A DNA stretch of 64,000 nt, taken from assembly GCA_040767805.1 (NCBI GenBank), contig JAXGNU010000001.1, positions 96,001-160,000 of the forward strand, read 5' to 3'. The notes under the pieces were generated by a model. That model was not told the origin of the DNA and ran no database searches. It worked only from the letters and a program-made list of their open reading frames with translations. The position numbers and the translations under genes were made by a program. How positions within the stretch are numbered: the first letter of the stretch is position 1; every line of letters starts with the position of its first letter. This document shows positions 20,225-29,187 of the stretch, piece after piece. Source of the DNA: Thermovirgaceae bacterium. Its GTDB lineage: Bacteria; Synergistota; Synergistia; Synergistales; Thermovirgaceae.

Positions 20225-21895
20225 ATCCTGCAACCGGAGTTATTCGACCTTATTGTCGACTCCATTAGGGACGGGTTCCTGGGCAAACGTTGCACCGGGG
20301 CCGAAAGCGGCGACGGATGGGCATCTCTCTTCTTCGGCCGTGCCATCGAAGGCCTTTACATGCGCTGGAAGGAACCCTTTACCTCGGTCTGTGCCGCCGC
20401 GAAGGAGGACATCGACGAGTTGCTCCTTTCGGAACGGGTGAAGTCCCCACTGAATCCCCTCCTCAAAAAACACATCGTCGGATCCACACTGGCAGGCGTC
20501 ACAAGGTTACGGAACGACAGGATCATAATGCTCAACTTCGCCAGGGGCATTGCCGCGGGGATCACCGCTGAAAAGCTGCTCCTGTGTGAATTTACGGGCA
20601 AACACAACGACCTTGTCCTGCTGGGCGGCGATGGTCTCATCATTGCCACCGGTCCTTCGGGGTCCCACGGCTCTTCGAGGCTCCCGGGAACACCTTATAA
20701 ACCTCCGGAGCGCCCCTTCGCTGAACTCCCCGCCCGGGGTGCCGAAGGTCCCGATTTATATTATTCCCTGGCGGTAATGCCGAAGATGGGCGGAAAACTG
20801 GCGGCATTCCTTCGGGACAAGTGGCACCTTCTCAGCAGCGGCACTTGGGAAGACCTCCTTTTGCCTGGAAGAGAACACGGGCGCGGGGGACCCCTTCCGG
20901 AGCAATGCCTTTTGCAGGAGCTCGGAGGTGAATTATCCTGCTTCGGCACCCTTCTCGGGGAGCCTGTCGCCGCCGGGAGGGAGATCCTGTCTCTTTTGAG
21001 GGAGCGCCACCTCTTGCCGCTGGTCCGTTCAAGGCTTCGGTCAGAGATCGTACTCCTGGAAAAGGAGATCCAAGGGAAGATCAAGAGGATAAAAGCGATC
21101 GAAAGGGGAATGGCCGACCGGGCCGCCCTGGCCCTGAAAGCGATGGAATACAAGAGGGCCGGTGACCTTCTGCTCGCCCATTCCCAAAGGATTCCCAAGG
21201 GGGCAGGGAAGGTGACCCTGCCCTTCTGGACGGAAGAAGGATACCTGGAGGTCGAAATAAAACTGGACCCCGCCCTGACCGTCGCCCGCAACGCCCAGGA
21301 CTACTACCGCAAGTACCGTAAAAGCCGGCTCGACGGCGGGGACCTTGCCGCCCGGTCGGAAAGGGTGGAGTCCTCAAAAAGAGCGCTGTCGGAGTTCCTT
21401 TCGCGGTTGGCCGAAACTCGGACCATGGCGGAAATCCGTATTTTGAAAGACGAGTTGAAGGCGACGGCCTACCCCCCGTTACCGAGGAGGGGTAGCGGAC
21501 CCGTGAAGGAATTCAACTTCAGGGGTTTCAAGGTGCTGGCCGGGACAAACCGGAAGGCCAACAGGAAGGTGACCTTCGTCCTCTCATCACCGGAAGACCT
21601 CTGGTTCCACGCCAGGAACATCCCCGGGGCCCATGTCGTAGTGAGGCTGCCTGGAAAAGCGGCGCCCCCGGGGGAAGTCATCGAATTTGCCTCCTCCCTG
21701 GCCGCTTATTACGGTCGTTCCTCCGAGTCCCTGGCCGTCGCCGTGGACTACACCAGGCGGAAACACGTGAGGCCCATCCCGGGGACGATCTCGGAAGTCA
21801 CCTATTCGAAGGCTCGCACCATCACGGTCTCTCCCGGTCTCTGGGCGAGGCTTCTCCAAGGAAAGACCTCAACTCCTGGTGAAGAAAAGACCTGA
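20225..21895 (+). CDS. rqcH: NFACT/RqcH (FbpA-like) ribosome quality control protein, start codon uncertain
   Basis: NDRIIMLNF, LLLCEFTGKHNDLVL, LDPALTVARNAQDYYRKYRK, DLWFHARNIPGAHVV and VDYT motifs. The ORF-track extension to 19958 overlaps tRNA-Ala and is not credible. Confidence 0.88.
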   Translation: MLQPELFDLIVDSIRDGFLGKRCTGAESGDGWASLFFGRAIEGLYMRWKEPFTSVCAAAKEDIDELLLSERVKSPLNPLLKKHIVGSTLAGVTRLRNDRIIMLNFARGIAAGITAEKLLLCEFTGKHNDLVLLGGDGLIIATGPSGSHGSSRLPGTPYKPPERPFAELPARGAEGPDLYYSLAVMPKMGGKLAAFLRDKWHLLSSGTWEDLLLPGREHGRGGPLPEQCLLQELGGELSCFGTLLGEPVAAGREILSLLRERHLLPLVRSRLRSEIVLLEKEIQGKIKRIKAIERGMADRAALALKAMEYKRAGDLLLAHSQRIPKGAGKVTLPFWTEEGYLEVEIKLDPALTVARNAQDYYRKYRKSRLDGGDLAARSERVESSKRALSEFLSRLAETRTMAEIRILKDELKATAYPPLPRRGSGPVKEFNFRGFKVLAGTNRKANRKVTFVLSSPEDLWFHARNIPGAHVVVRLPGKAAPPGEVIEFASSLAAYYGRSSESLAVAVDYTRRKHVRPIPGTISEVTYSKARTITVSPGLWARLLQGKTSTPGEEKT

Positions 21896-22760
21896 AGAGC
21901 AAGGGCTCCCCGCTCCTGGGGTGGTCGAATCCGAGGATCCAGGAATGCAGGAAGAGTCGATCCAACCCGTGGGGTGTCTTTCTCCTGGGAGCGTATAGCT
22001 GATCCCCTACCAGGGGGCAACCTATGTGCTTCATGTGGACCCTGATCTGGTGAGTCCTCCCAGTCACCAGGCGACACCTCACCAATGAAAAACCACTCCT
22101 GCTCCAGAGGACCGAGTATTCGGTGACGGCGCTTTTCCCTGAAGAAATGACGGCCATCCTGTAACGGTTCCTGGGGTTTCTCCCGATGGGCAGGTCAATC
22201 TTTCCACGGGTTTTTTTGGGAACACCCCAGACCAGGGCCAGGTACTCCTTCCTGACCCGCCGTTCCTGGAAAGCCCTGGTCAGGATATCGAAGGAGCGGT
22301 CGTTCCGGGCGACCACCATCAGGCCTGATGTAGACGCGTCCAGGCGGTGGACTATTCCAGGCCGTCCCGGCGTTCCCGACCCCGCTATCTCGGGGAATTT
22401 GTCCAGCAGGCCGTGGACCAGGGTGCCCCTCCAATGACCGGGAGAGGGGTGGACGATGAGGCCCGAGGGTTTATCCACGACCAGGATGTCCTCATCCTCC
22501 CATACCACCCCGAAAAAGACCGGCTCCGGTATAAGCTCCCGGGTGGGCCTTGGCTCCAAGGATACGCTGATACCCATGCCGCTGCGGACCACCATCGACG
22601 ACCTGGCCCTCCGGCCCTGTTCGAGCCTCACCTTCCCGTCCCTGATGAGCGCCTGGACCTGGGACCTGGTCCTGTCGAGCTTCCATGTCAGGAAGACATC
22701 GAGCCTCTCGCCATCCAGGTCCTCACCTACGACCAGCGAAAGGGTCTCCTCTTCATCCAT
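21822..22760 (-). CDS. rluD: RluA/RluD family pseudouridine synthase
   Basis: S4 domain, VDKPSGL, GIVHRLDASTSG and TGRTHQIRVH motifs. Confidence 0.93.
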   Translation of the reverse strand: MDEEETLSLVVGEDLDGERLDVFLTWKLDRTRSQVQALIRDGKVRLEQGRRARSSMVVRSGMGISVSLEPRPTRELIPEPVFFGVVWEDEDILVVDKPSGLIVHPSPGHWRGTLVHGLLDKFPEIAGSGTPGRPGIVHRLDASTSGLMVVARNDRSFDILTRAFQERRVRKEYLALVWGVPKKTRGKIDLPIGRNPRNRYRMAVISSGKSAVTEYSVLWSRSGFSLVRCRLVTGRTHQIRVHMKHIGCPLVGDQLYAPRRKTPHGLDRLFLHSWILGFDHPRSGEPLLFRSFLHQELRSFLGEASPRDRERP

Positions 22761-22785
22761 GTCCCATCCACCCTGGCGCCTTCGC

Positions 22786-25593
22786 TTAACTCGAGCCGTT
22801 CATTCGTTCCAGGACACCCTGGCACCGTTCGCAGACGCCGCGCTCCGGCACTTCCGGAGCCCATCTCCAGCACCTTGGGCATTTCTCTCCCGGTGCTTTC
22901 CTGATATTGAATTCCATCCCCGTCTCCAGGTCCTTCCACGAGAAGCCGACTTCGCCGAAGGACCCTACGACGCGCAAGGAGGATACTATCGACAGGGTCG
23001 CCCATTCCTTTTCGGGCAGAAGCCCCGCCGGGTCCTCCACGGTTTCGCCCCTTAAGATCTCGACCTGCGCGTCGAGGGAGTGGCCGATCACCCCGTTGGT
23101 CCTTGCCGCCTCGAGGGCCCTCGATAGGGCCCCCCTTTGTTCCAGGATCCTTTCCCAGCGGCTGTCCAGCTCTTCATCGATAAGGGTCTCGTCAACACCG
23201 GGCCAGTGGGAAAGAAAGACGCTCTCCGGAATGGAGGGGTCCAGGTTCCTCATCTCCTGCCATACCTCCTCCGAGGTAAAGCTCAGCACCGGGGCCAGCA
23301 TCTCCGTCAAGGCGCGAAGTATTGCCCACAGGGCCGTCTGGCAGCTTCTCCTCGCTTCACCGGCGCGGTCTTCCGCGTAGAGCCGGTCTTTGCGGACGTC
23401 GAGATAGATGGCACTCAACTCGTTCACGCAGAAATGATGGATCATGTAGGCGGGCACGTGGAACTCGAACTCATCGTAGCCCCTGGTCGCCTTCCTTATC
23501 AAGGCCTGTAAGCGGGAAAGGATCCACCGCTCCAGTTCCGGCATCTTCGCGAAAGGCACCAGGTCCTTTCTAGGATCGAAGTCCTTGAGGTTGCCCAGGA
23601 GGAACCGGGCGGTGTTCCTGATCCTCCTGTAGGACTCCACGAGGTTGGACAGTATCTGTTCCGAGATCCTTATATCGTTCCTGTAATCGGTGGAGGCGAC
23701 CCAAAGGCGCAGGATGTCCGCGCCGTACTTCTCGATGATCTCCTGGGGAGCGATGACATTACCCAGGGATTTGGACATCTTTCTCCCCTCACCGTCAACG
23801 ATGAAACCATGGGTGAGGACCATGTCGTAGGGCGCCCTCCCCGTCGTGGCCACCGAGGTCAGGAGGGAGGTCTGGAAATAGCCCCTGTGCTGGTCGCTTC
23901 CCTCGAGGTAGAGGTCGGCGGGCCACTTGAGGTCCTTCCGGGAAGCCAGCACCGCCGCTTGGCTGCAACCTGAATCAAACCAGACGTCCATTATGTCCGA
24001 TTCTTTCCTGAGTTCGCGGCTTCCGCAGTGGGGGCAAAAAGCCAGTTCTCCGAGGATCTGTCCCGGCGAGAGGCGCCACCAGCTGTTGGAACCCTCCCTG
24101 CGGAACAGGTCCTGGACCTTCCTGATCCTGGCGGGGTCGGCCACCAGGCCGCCGCAGTTTTCGCAGTAAAAAGCCGGTATCGGGACCCCCCAGATCCTCT
24201 GCCTGCTTATGCACCAGTCCGATCGCTCCTTGACCATATTGGCGATCCTTTCCTTGCCCCACTCGGGTATCCACCTGACACGGTCGATCTGTTCCAGGGT
24301 ATTCTCCTTGAAAGCGTTGACCGCCACGAACCACTGTTCGGTGGCCCTGAAAATAACGGGCTTCTTGCACCTCCAGCAATGGGGGTAGGAGTGGGTGATC
24401 CTTCCGCTGCCGAGAAGCCTCCCCCTTTCCTTCAAGACGGCCAGGACCTTTTCGGAACCCTCTTCAAGGGAAAGGCCCCCCACGAGTTCCGTACCGGGAA
24501 GGAAATAACCCTTGTCATCTACGGGGTTTAGTATGTCCAGGCCGTACCGTATGCCCGTCTCGAAGTCTTCGGCGCCATGGCCCGGGGCCGTATGGACACA
24601 GCCGGTCCCCTGGTCGAGGCCGACGTATTCGGCGAGGGCGAAGATTATCTCCCTGTCGTCGTAAAAGGGATGCAGGGCGCGGGCCTTGGCTAGGTCCCGT
24701 CCTTTTACGGTGAGGAGGGGTTCCCCAAGTTCGAGGCCCATCACGGACGCGACCTTCCCCTTGAGGGCTTTGGCCATGATGAAGACCCTACCGTCCCGGG
24801 CGGGGATGAAGGCGTAGTCGAAATCAGGATTGATCGCCACGGCAAGGCTTGCGGGGAGGGTCCAGGGAGTGGTGGTCCAGACCACAACGTATACTTCCTT
24901 CCCGCCGATAGCCTCCTGCACCGCGCTGTTGCCCGAAGTGACCAGGGGGTAGGCCACGTAGACCGAGGGCGAGGTTTCGTCCTCGTACTCTATCTCCGCA
25001 GCAGCGAGGGCCGTTTGGCAATCTATGCACCAGAACACTGGCTTGCGCCCCTTGTACACGAGGCCCTTTTCCACCATGTCGGCGAAGACGCCTATCTGGG
25101 CGGCCTCGTACTCCGGCTTGAAGGTTATGTAGGGGTTCTCCCAATCTCCAAGCACTCCAAGCCTTTTGAACTCCGACCTCTGGATATCGATATACTTTTC
25201 GGCGTAACTCATACATTGCTGCCTCAATTCCACGGGATCGATGGTCTCCTTCGATTGCCCGATCTCCTTGAGAACCTTGAGTTCTATGGGCAGGCCATGG
25301 GTGTCCCAACCGGGAACATAGGGAGACTGGAAGCCCGTCATCCACTTGTATTTCGGTACAAAGTCCTTGAGGATCTTGTTAAAAGCCGTCCCGATATGGA
25401 TGTTCCCGTTGGCATAGGGGGGGCCGTCGTGAAGGACGAATTTGACCGCCCCCTCCCTCACGGCCATCAGTGTACGGTAGACCCCCTTCTCCTCCCAGAA
25501 AGCAATGATCCCGGGTTCCTTCTTGACCAGGTTGGCCCGCATGGGGAAAGAAGTATCGGGCAGGTTCAAGGTGTTCTTGTAATCGGTTGACAC
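22786..25593 (-). CDS. ileS: Isoleucine--tRNA ligase (type 1)
   Basis: DGPPYANGNIHIG, KMSKS and a C-terminal CPRC...CERC zinc finger. GTG at 25593 has an AAGGAGG RBS. Confidence 0.98.
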   Translation of the reverse strand: MSTDYKNTLNLPDTSFPMRANLVKKEPGIIAFWEEKGVYRTLMAVREGAVKFVLHDGPPYANGNIHIGTAFNKILKDFVPKYKWMTGFQSPYVPGWDTHGLPIELKVLKEIGQSKETIDPVELRQQCMSYAEKYIDIQRSEFKRLGVLGDWENPYITFKPEYEAAQIGVFADMVEKGLVYKGRKPVFWCIDCQTALAAAEIEYEDETSPSVYVAYPLVTSGNSAVQEAIGGKEVYVVVWTTTPWTLPASLAVAINPDFDYAFIPARDGRVFIMAKALKGKVASVMGLELGEPLLTVKGRDLAKARALHPFYDDREIIFALAEYVGLDQGTGCVHTAPGHGAEDFETGIRYGLDILNPVDDKGYFLPGTELVGGLSLEEGSEKVLAVLKERGRLLGSGRITHSYPHCWRCKKPVIFRATEQWFVAVNAFKENTLEQIDRVRWIPEWGKERIANMVKERSDWCISRQRIWGVPIPAFYCENCGGLVADPARIRKVQDLFRREGSNSWWRLSPGQILGELAFCPHCGSRELRKESDIMDVWFDSGCSQAAVLASRKDLKWPADLYLEGSDQHRGYFQTSLLTSVATTGRAPYDMVLTHGFIVDGEGRKMSKSLGNVIAPQEIIEKYGADILRLWVASTDYRNDIRISEQILSNLVESYRRIRNTARFLLGNLKDFDPRKDLVPFAKMPELERWILSRLQALIRKATRGYDEFEFHVPAYMIHHFCVNELSAIYLDVRKDRLYAEDRAGEARRSCQTALWAILRALTEMLAPVLSFTSEEVWQEMRNLDPSIPESVFLSHWPGVDETLIDEELDSRWERILEQRGALSRALEAARTNGVIGHSLDAQVEILRGETVEDPAGLLPEKEWATLSIVSSLRVVGSFGEVGFSWKDLETGMEFNIRKAPGEKCPRCWRWAPEVPERGVCERCQGVLERMNGSS

Positions 25594-25618
25594 GGGCTGT
25601 ACGCCTCCTTCTTTATTC

Positions 25619-25648
25619 AAAAAGGCCGCCAGGTCGAGCCGGCGGCCT
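25619..25648 (-). terminator. Terminator-like hairpin between the TRAP permease and ileS
   Basis: AGGCCGCC-n10-GGCGGCCT-TTTT on the minus strand. Confidence 0.7.
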
Positions 25649-25697
25649 CACCGACGATCGGGATACTCGGCCCAGGATCACCGGTGCCATGCCCACC

Positions 25698-27683
25698 CTA
25701 GGCTGTTTTCGTCATCAATGCCTCTTTCTTTGATCGAGCCGTCTGGAAGAAATGCACGAAAAGCAGCACGGCCAGCCCAATGGAGTCCGATCTTATCCCC
25801 GGCACCAGGAGTCCGAGGGCCCCCCCCATGGCCAGGACCCTGACCCAGAAGGGCATCCTGGTCTTGTAAAAACCGATGGTGCCCATGCCAAGGAGGAACA
25901 CTCCCAGCAACGCGGTGCCTATGGACATGATAAAAGGAAGGGCCTCAAAGTCAACAAGGACGAGCATGGGGTTGAAGACATAGATGTAGGGCACAAGGAA
26001 ACCCGCCAAGGCCAGTTTTATGGCGGTCCAACCCGTCTTCATCGGGTCCGCCCCCGCGATACCCGCCCCGGCATAGGCGGCCAAAGCTACCGGCGGGCTC
26101 AGGTCAGCGGCGATCCCGAAATAAAGCACGAACATGTAGGCCGCCATTGGGGCCACGCCCAACTGCAGCAGGGCCGGTGCGGCCATCGTGCTTGTGACTA
26201 TGAAGTTGGCCGTCGTCGGGAGCCCAGCGCCGAGCAGGATGCAGGCCACCATGGTCAACAGCAGCGAGACGATCAGTATCCCCCCGGAGAGGGTGATGAT
26301 GGCGCTGGCGATGCGAAGCCCCAATCCGGTCAGGGTGGCGGTCCCCACCACTATCCCCACGGTCCCGCAGGCGCAGGCCACTCCCAGGGCTCCCCTCGCC
26401 CCTGAATCCAAGGCCTCGATGAGCTTGGGGATGGTAACCCTGGTCTCCTTGTTCAGAAAGGACACGACCAGGGTTGCGATAATGCCGTAGTAGGCAGCCT
26501 TCAAGGGGGTATAACCGGCGAGAAGGAAATAGATTATCGCGCCAAGGGGTATCAAGAGGTGCCCCTTCTTTTTCAGCAGGGGCAGCACCTTGGGCAGTCT
26601 TTCCCGGGGAAGTCCTCTCAAACCCAGCCGGGTCGCTTCAATGTGAACCTGCACCATGACCGCGAAATAATAAAGCAACGCGGGGACGACGGCCGCGAGG
26701 GCCACCTGGATATAGGGTATACCGAGGAACTCCGCCATGATGAACGCCGCCGCTCCCATGACGGGTGGCATGATCTGCCCCCCGGTGGAGGCGACGGCCT
26801 CAACGGCCCCGGCAAAGTAAGGTTCGTAGCCGACGCTTTTCATGAGGGGGATGGTGAACATCCCCGTGGTACAAACGTTTGCCACCGACGAACCCGAAAC
26901 GGTACCCATCAACCCCGAACTCAAAACGGCCACCTTCGCCGGCCCCCCGGTAGAACCCCCCGCCAGGGCCATGGAAAGGTCTATGATGAAACGCCCCATA
27001 CCCGTCTGCTCCAGGAAGGAGCCGAAAAGGATGAACATGAAGACGAAGGTCGAGGAAACACCCAGGGGTGTCCCAAACACCCCCTCGGTACCCATGTACA
27101 TGTGGTTGATGATCCTCGTTATATTGAACCCCCTGTGAGCGAAAAGGGAAGGGAAGTGCCTGCCGAAGTAGCAGTAAAAGAGAAAAAATATGGCGATACC
27201 GGGCAGCACGGGGTTGGAAACCCTCCTGGTGGCCTCCAGCAAAAGAAGGATGCCCAGCAAACCCACGGTTATATCCATCGTCGTCGGGAGCCCGGCCCTC
27301 ATCACGATTTCGTTGAAATAGATCACATGGTAAAAGACGACGTAAGCGGCGACGCCGCCCAGGACATAATCGTACCAGGGGACGGAATCCTTGCGCGCTT
27401 TTTCCGAAACGGGGTAGAGCATGTAGACCATGAAAAGGACAAGGGCGAGGTGAACCGCCCTTTGCTTGATCGCCAGTAGAAGCCCGAACCCCGAGGTGTA
27501 AAAGTGGAAAATGGACAGGGCGACGGCCACCAGCAGGACCAGTTTTGCTTCCCACCCCGAAAGGACCCTGGTCCTCGCCTCGGTGTCGAAGCGCCTCCTG
27601 AGCTCGTCAAGGTCGATCTGTTCTTCTACCGTCCCGATGCTGTCCTGTTTGCCCTGGTCGGTCTCTTCGGTCTTATCGGTCAA
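25698..27683 (-). CDS. TRAP transporter 4TM/12TM fused permease (TAXI type)
   Basis: GGPAKVAV, SGSSVAN, EAVASTGGQIMPPVMGAAAF and LSPPVALAAY motifs, many TM helices. Confidence 0.93.
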   Translation of the reverse strand: MTDKTEETDQGKQDSIGTVEEQIDLDELRRRFDTEARTRVLSGWEAKLVLLVAVALSIFHFYTSGFGLLLAIKQRAVHLALVLFMVYMLYPVSEKARKDSVPWYDYVLGGVAAYVVFYHVIYFNEIVMRAGLPTTMDITVGLLGILLLLEATRRVSNPVLPGIAIFFLFYCYFGRHFPSLFAHRGFNITRIINHMYMGTEGVFGTPLGVSSTFVFMFILFGSFLEQTGMGRFIIDLSMALAGGSTGGPAKVAVLSSGLMGTVSGSSVANVCTTGMFTIPLMKSVGYEPYFAGAVEAVASTGGQIMPPVMGAAAFIMAEFLGIPYIQVALAAVVPALLYYFAVMVQVHIEATRLGLRGLPRERLPKVLPLLKKKGHLLIPLGAIIYFLLAGYTPLKAAYYGIIATLVVSFLNKETRVTIPKLIEALDSGARGALGVACACGTVGIVVGTATLTGLGLRIASAIITLSGGILIVSLLLTMVACILLGAGLPTTANFIVTSTMAAPALLQLGVAPMAAYMFVLYFGIAADLSPPVALAAYAGAGIAGADPMKTGWTAIKLALAGFLVPYIYVFNPMLVLVDFEALPFIMSIGTALLGVFLLGMGTIGFYKTRMPFWVRVLAMGGALGLLVPGIRSDSIGLAVLLFVHFFQTARSKKEALMTKTA

Positions 27684-27714
27684 AAGGATCCCTCCCTGTC
27701 GCGGATATAGCGGT

Positions 27715-27764
27715 CTATTACTCGAAAAGGGGCCTTAGGTCAAAGAATCAGGTCGATTCTACCA
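27715..27764 (-). promoter_or_regulatory. Candidate internal promoters for the TRAP permease
   Basis: TTGACC-17-TAATAG (27715-27743) and extended -10 TGgTAGAAT (27756-27764). Confidence 0.45.
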
Positions 27765-27779
27765 CACCCTCATGGCGCG

Positions 27780-28298
27780 TCACAGGTGCCGGGCCTTTGA
27801 AAACGCCTCCCAAAGAGGCCTGGTCCCTATGGAAAATTCCATCCTTTGGGACGGGAAAAACCTGAAGAGTTCATGAGATACGGGAGATCTCCCGGGCAAC
27901 AGGAGGATGTTCCTGCCGAGCCTTTCGTCGCCTACTCTGTAGTAAAACCTGCCCCAACGGTTTCTTCCACCCCGGAACCGGAACCATTCACCGTCGGAGA
28001 CGAGCCGGCCGTTCCTTGGCGTCACTACCGGCAGCCCGGCGTTATGGGAGACCACCCGCTCCTCCCATGCCCAGATCATTCCGCCAACCACCCTGTAATC
28101 GTCCTCAACGGGCGTTTTTTCGACGGAGTGGATGTACCTCGTCGTGAAGGGGAATCCCACCGGCATGGGGCTTGAAAGCAGGACCCCTTCACCGCTGGAG
28201 ATCTCAAGGTTCCATACAGGGGCGCAGGCCATGAACAGGGCTGCGGATAATAACATCGTCGCGAAGGTGCGGATCCTGATCTTCATCACCTGCCGCAT
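27780..28298 (-). CDS. DUF1850 domain protein (TAXI-TRAP associated)
   Basis: FTTRYIHSVEKTPVEDDY and SHNAGLP motifs, N-terminal hydrophobic segment, adjacent to the fused TRAP permease. Confidence 0.8.
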   Translation of the reverse strand: MRQVMKIRIRTFATMLLSAALFMACAPVWNLEISSGEGVLLSSPMPVGFPFTTRYIHSVEKTPVEDDYRVVGGMIWAWEERVVSHNAGLPVVTPRNGRLVSDGEWFRFRGGRNRWGRFYYRVGDERLGRNILLLPGRSPVSHELFRFFPSQRMEFSIGTRPLWEAFSKARHL

Positions 28299-28316
28299 GG
28301 TCGGGGGGTGAGGGTT

Positions 28317-28979
28317 TCAATCGACGGTCCCTTCCAGGAGGGAGACGAAACGGCAGTACTCCCCCCATTCATCCCTGAAACGCGTCCCTTCCTTGATCCT
28401 CGTCAGGAGCCGTTCTGTCCCGTCCGGGAAACCCAGCGGGAGGACAAGTCTCGCGTTCAGGGCGCATTGCTCCATCAGGGCCGAAGGGACTGAAGGGGCG
28501 ACTGCCGTCACAATGATACGGTCAAAAGGGGCTTCTTCGGGAAGGCCGAGCCTTCCATCCCCGTGATGGACCTTGACCGGGAAGCCCAGTTCCTCGAGGA
28601 GAAGGGAGGCGGACCTTGCCAAGGAGGCTATCCTCTCCATGGAGTGGACGTCGGCGCCCATCCTGGCGAGGATGGCCGCCTGGTACCCGGACCCGGTACC
28701 TATTTCAAGGACCTTCATCCCGGCACCGACCTCAAGCCGGGACGTCATCAAGGCAACCATGTAGGGTTGGGATATGGTCTGGCCGTTTCCCAGGGGGAGG
28801 GGGTTATCATCGTAAGCCCATTTCCTGAGCCCTTCGGGGACGAAAAGGTGGCGCGGGACGCTCCTGAACGCTTCAAGGATCCTCTCGTCCCTGATACCCC
28901 TGGCCTCGATCTGGGAAAGGACCATCCTTTCCGCCCTGGCTTCCCAGTCCTCCAAGGAGCCCACCTCGAGACCTGTCAA
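28317..28979 (-). CDS. pcm: Protein-L-isoaspartate O-methyltransferase
   Basis: VPRHLFVP, GQTISQPYMVA, LEIGTGSGYQAA and APFDRIIVTA motifs. Confidence 0.96.
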   Translation of the reverse strand: MTGLEVGSLEDWEARAERMVLSQIEARGIRDERILEAFRSVPRHLFVPEGLRKWAYDDNPLPLGNGQTISQPYMVALMTSRLEVGAGMKVLEIGTGSGYQAAILARMGADVHSMERIASLARSASLLLEELGFPVKVHHGDGRLGLPEEAPFDRIIVTAVAPSVPSALMEQCALNARLVLPLGFPDGTERLLTRIKEGTRFRDEWGEYCRFVSLLEGTVD

Positions 28980-28988
28980 GGTTTTTTC

Positions 28989-29028
28989 AAAAAAGAGCCT
29001 TCCCTGCTCTCCAGGGACGAAAAAAGGC
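28989..29028 (-). terminator. Possible terminator after tRNA-Arg(CCT)
   Basis: TCCCTG/CAGGGA stem extended by AGCCT/AGGCT, followed by CTTTTTT. Confidence 0.5.
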
Positions 29029-29104
29029 TGGCGGGCCTGAGGCGATTCGAACGCCTGACCTACGGCTTAGGAGGCCGTTGCTCTATCCTCTGAGCTACAG
29101 GCCC
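29029..29104 (-). tRNA. tRNA-Arg(CCT)
   Basis: Anticodon arm ACGGC-CTCCTAA-GCCGT, acceptor stem GGGCCTG/CAGGCCC, encoded CCA. Confidence 0.96.
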
Positions 29105-29121
29105 GTCGCTGAACGTCCGTA

Positions 29122-29150
29122 ATATTATCATGGTATCATCCCAACTTCAA
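29122..29150 (-). promoter_or_regulatory. Sigma-70 promoter of tRNA-Arg(CCT)
   Basis: TTGAAG-17-TAATAT with a TG extension. Confidence 0.65.
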
Positions 29151-29187
29151 TGCCGGCCCCGGGGAGCCAGGGAGCAAACCCAGGGCG

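Noticed and set aside
25619..25700. Canonical T-box riboswitch for ileS
   Set aside because: Only the TGGCACC heptamer matches. There is no room for stem I, and the antiterminator pairing does not use the terminator 5' strand.
29029..29104. Integrated element at tRNA-Arg(CCT) or at the tRNA operon
   Set aside because: No integrase, no duplicated tRNA 3' end and no visible compositional shift. The flanks are housekeeping genes.
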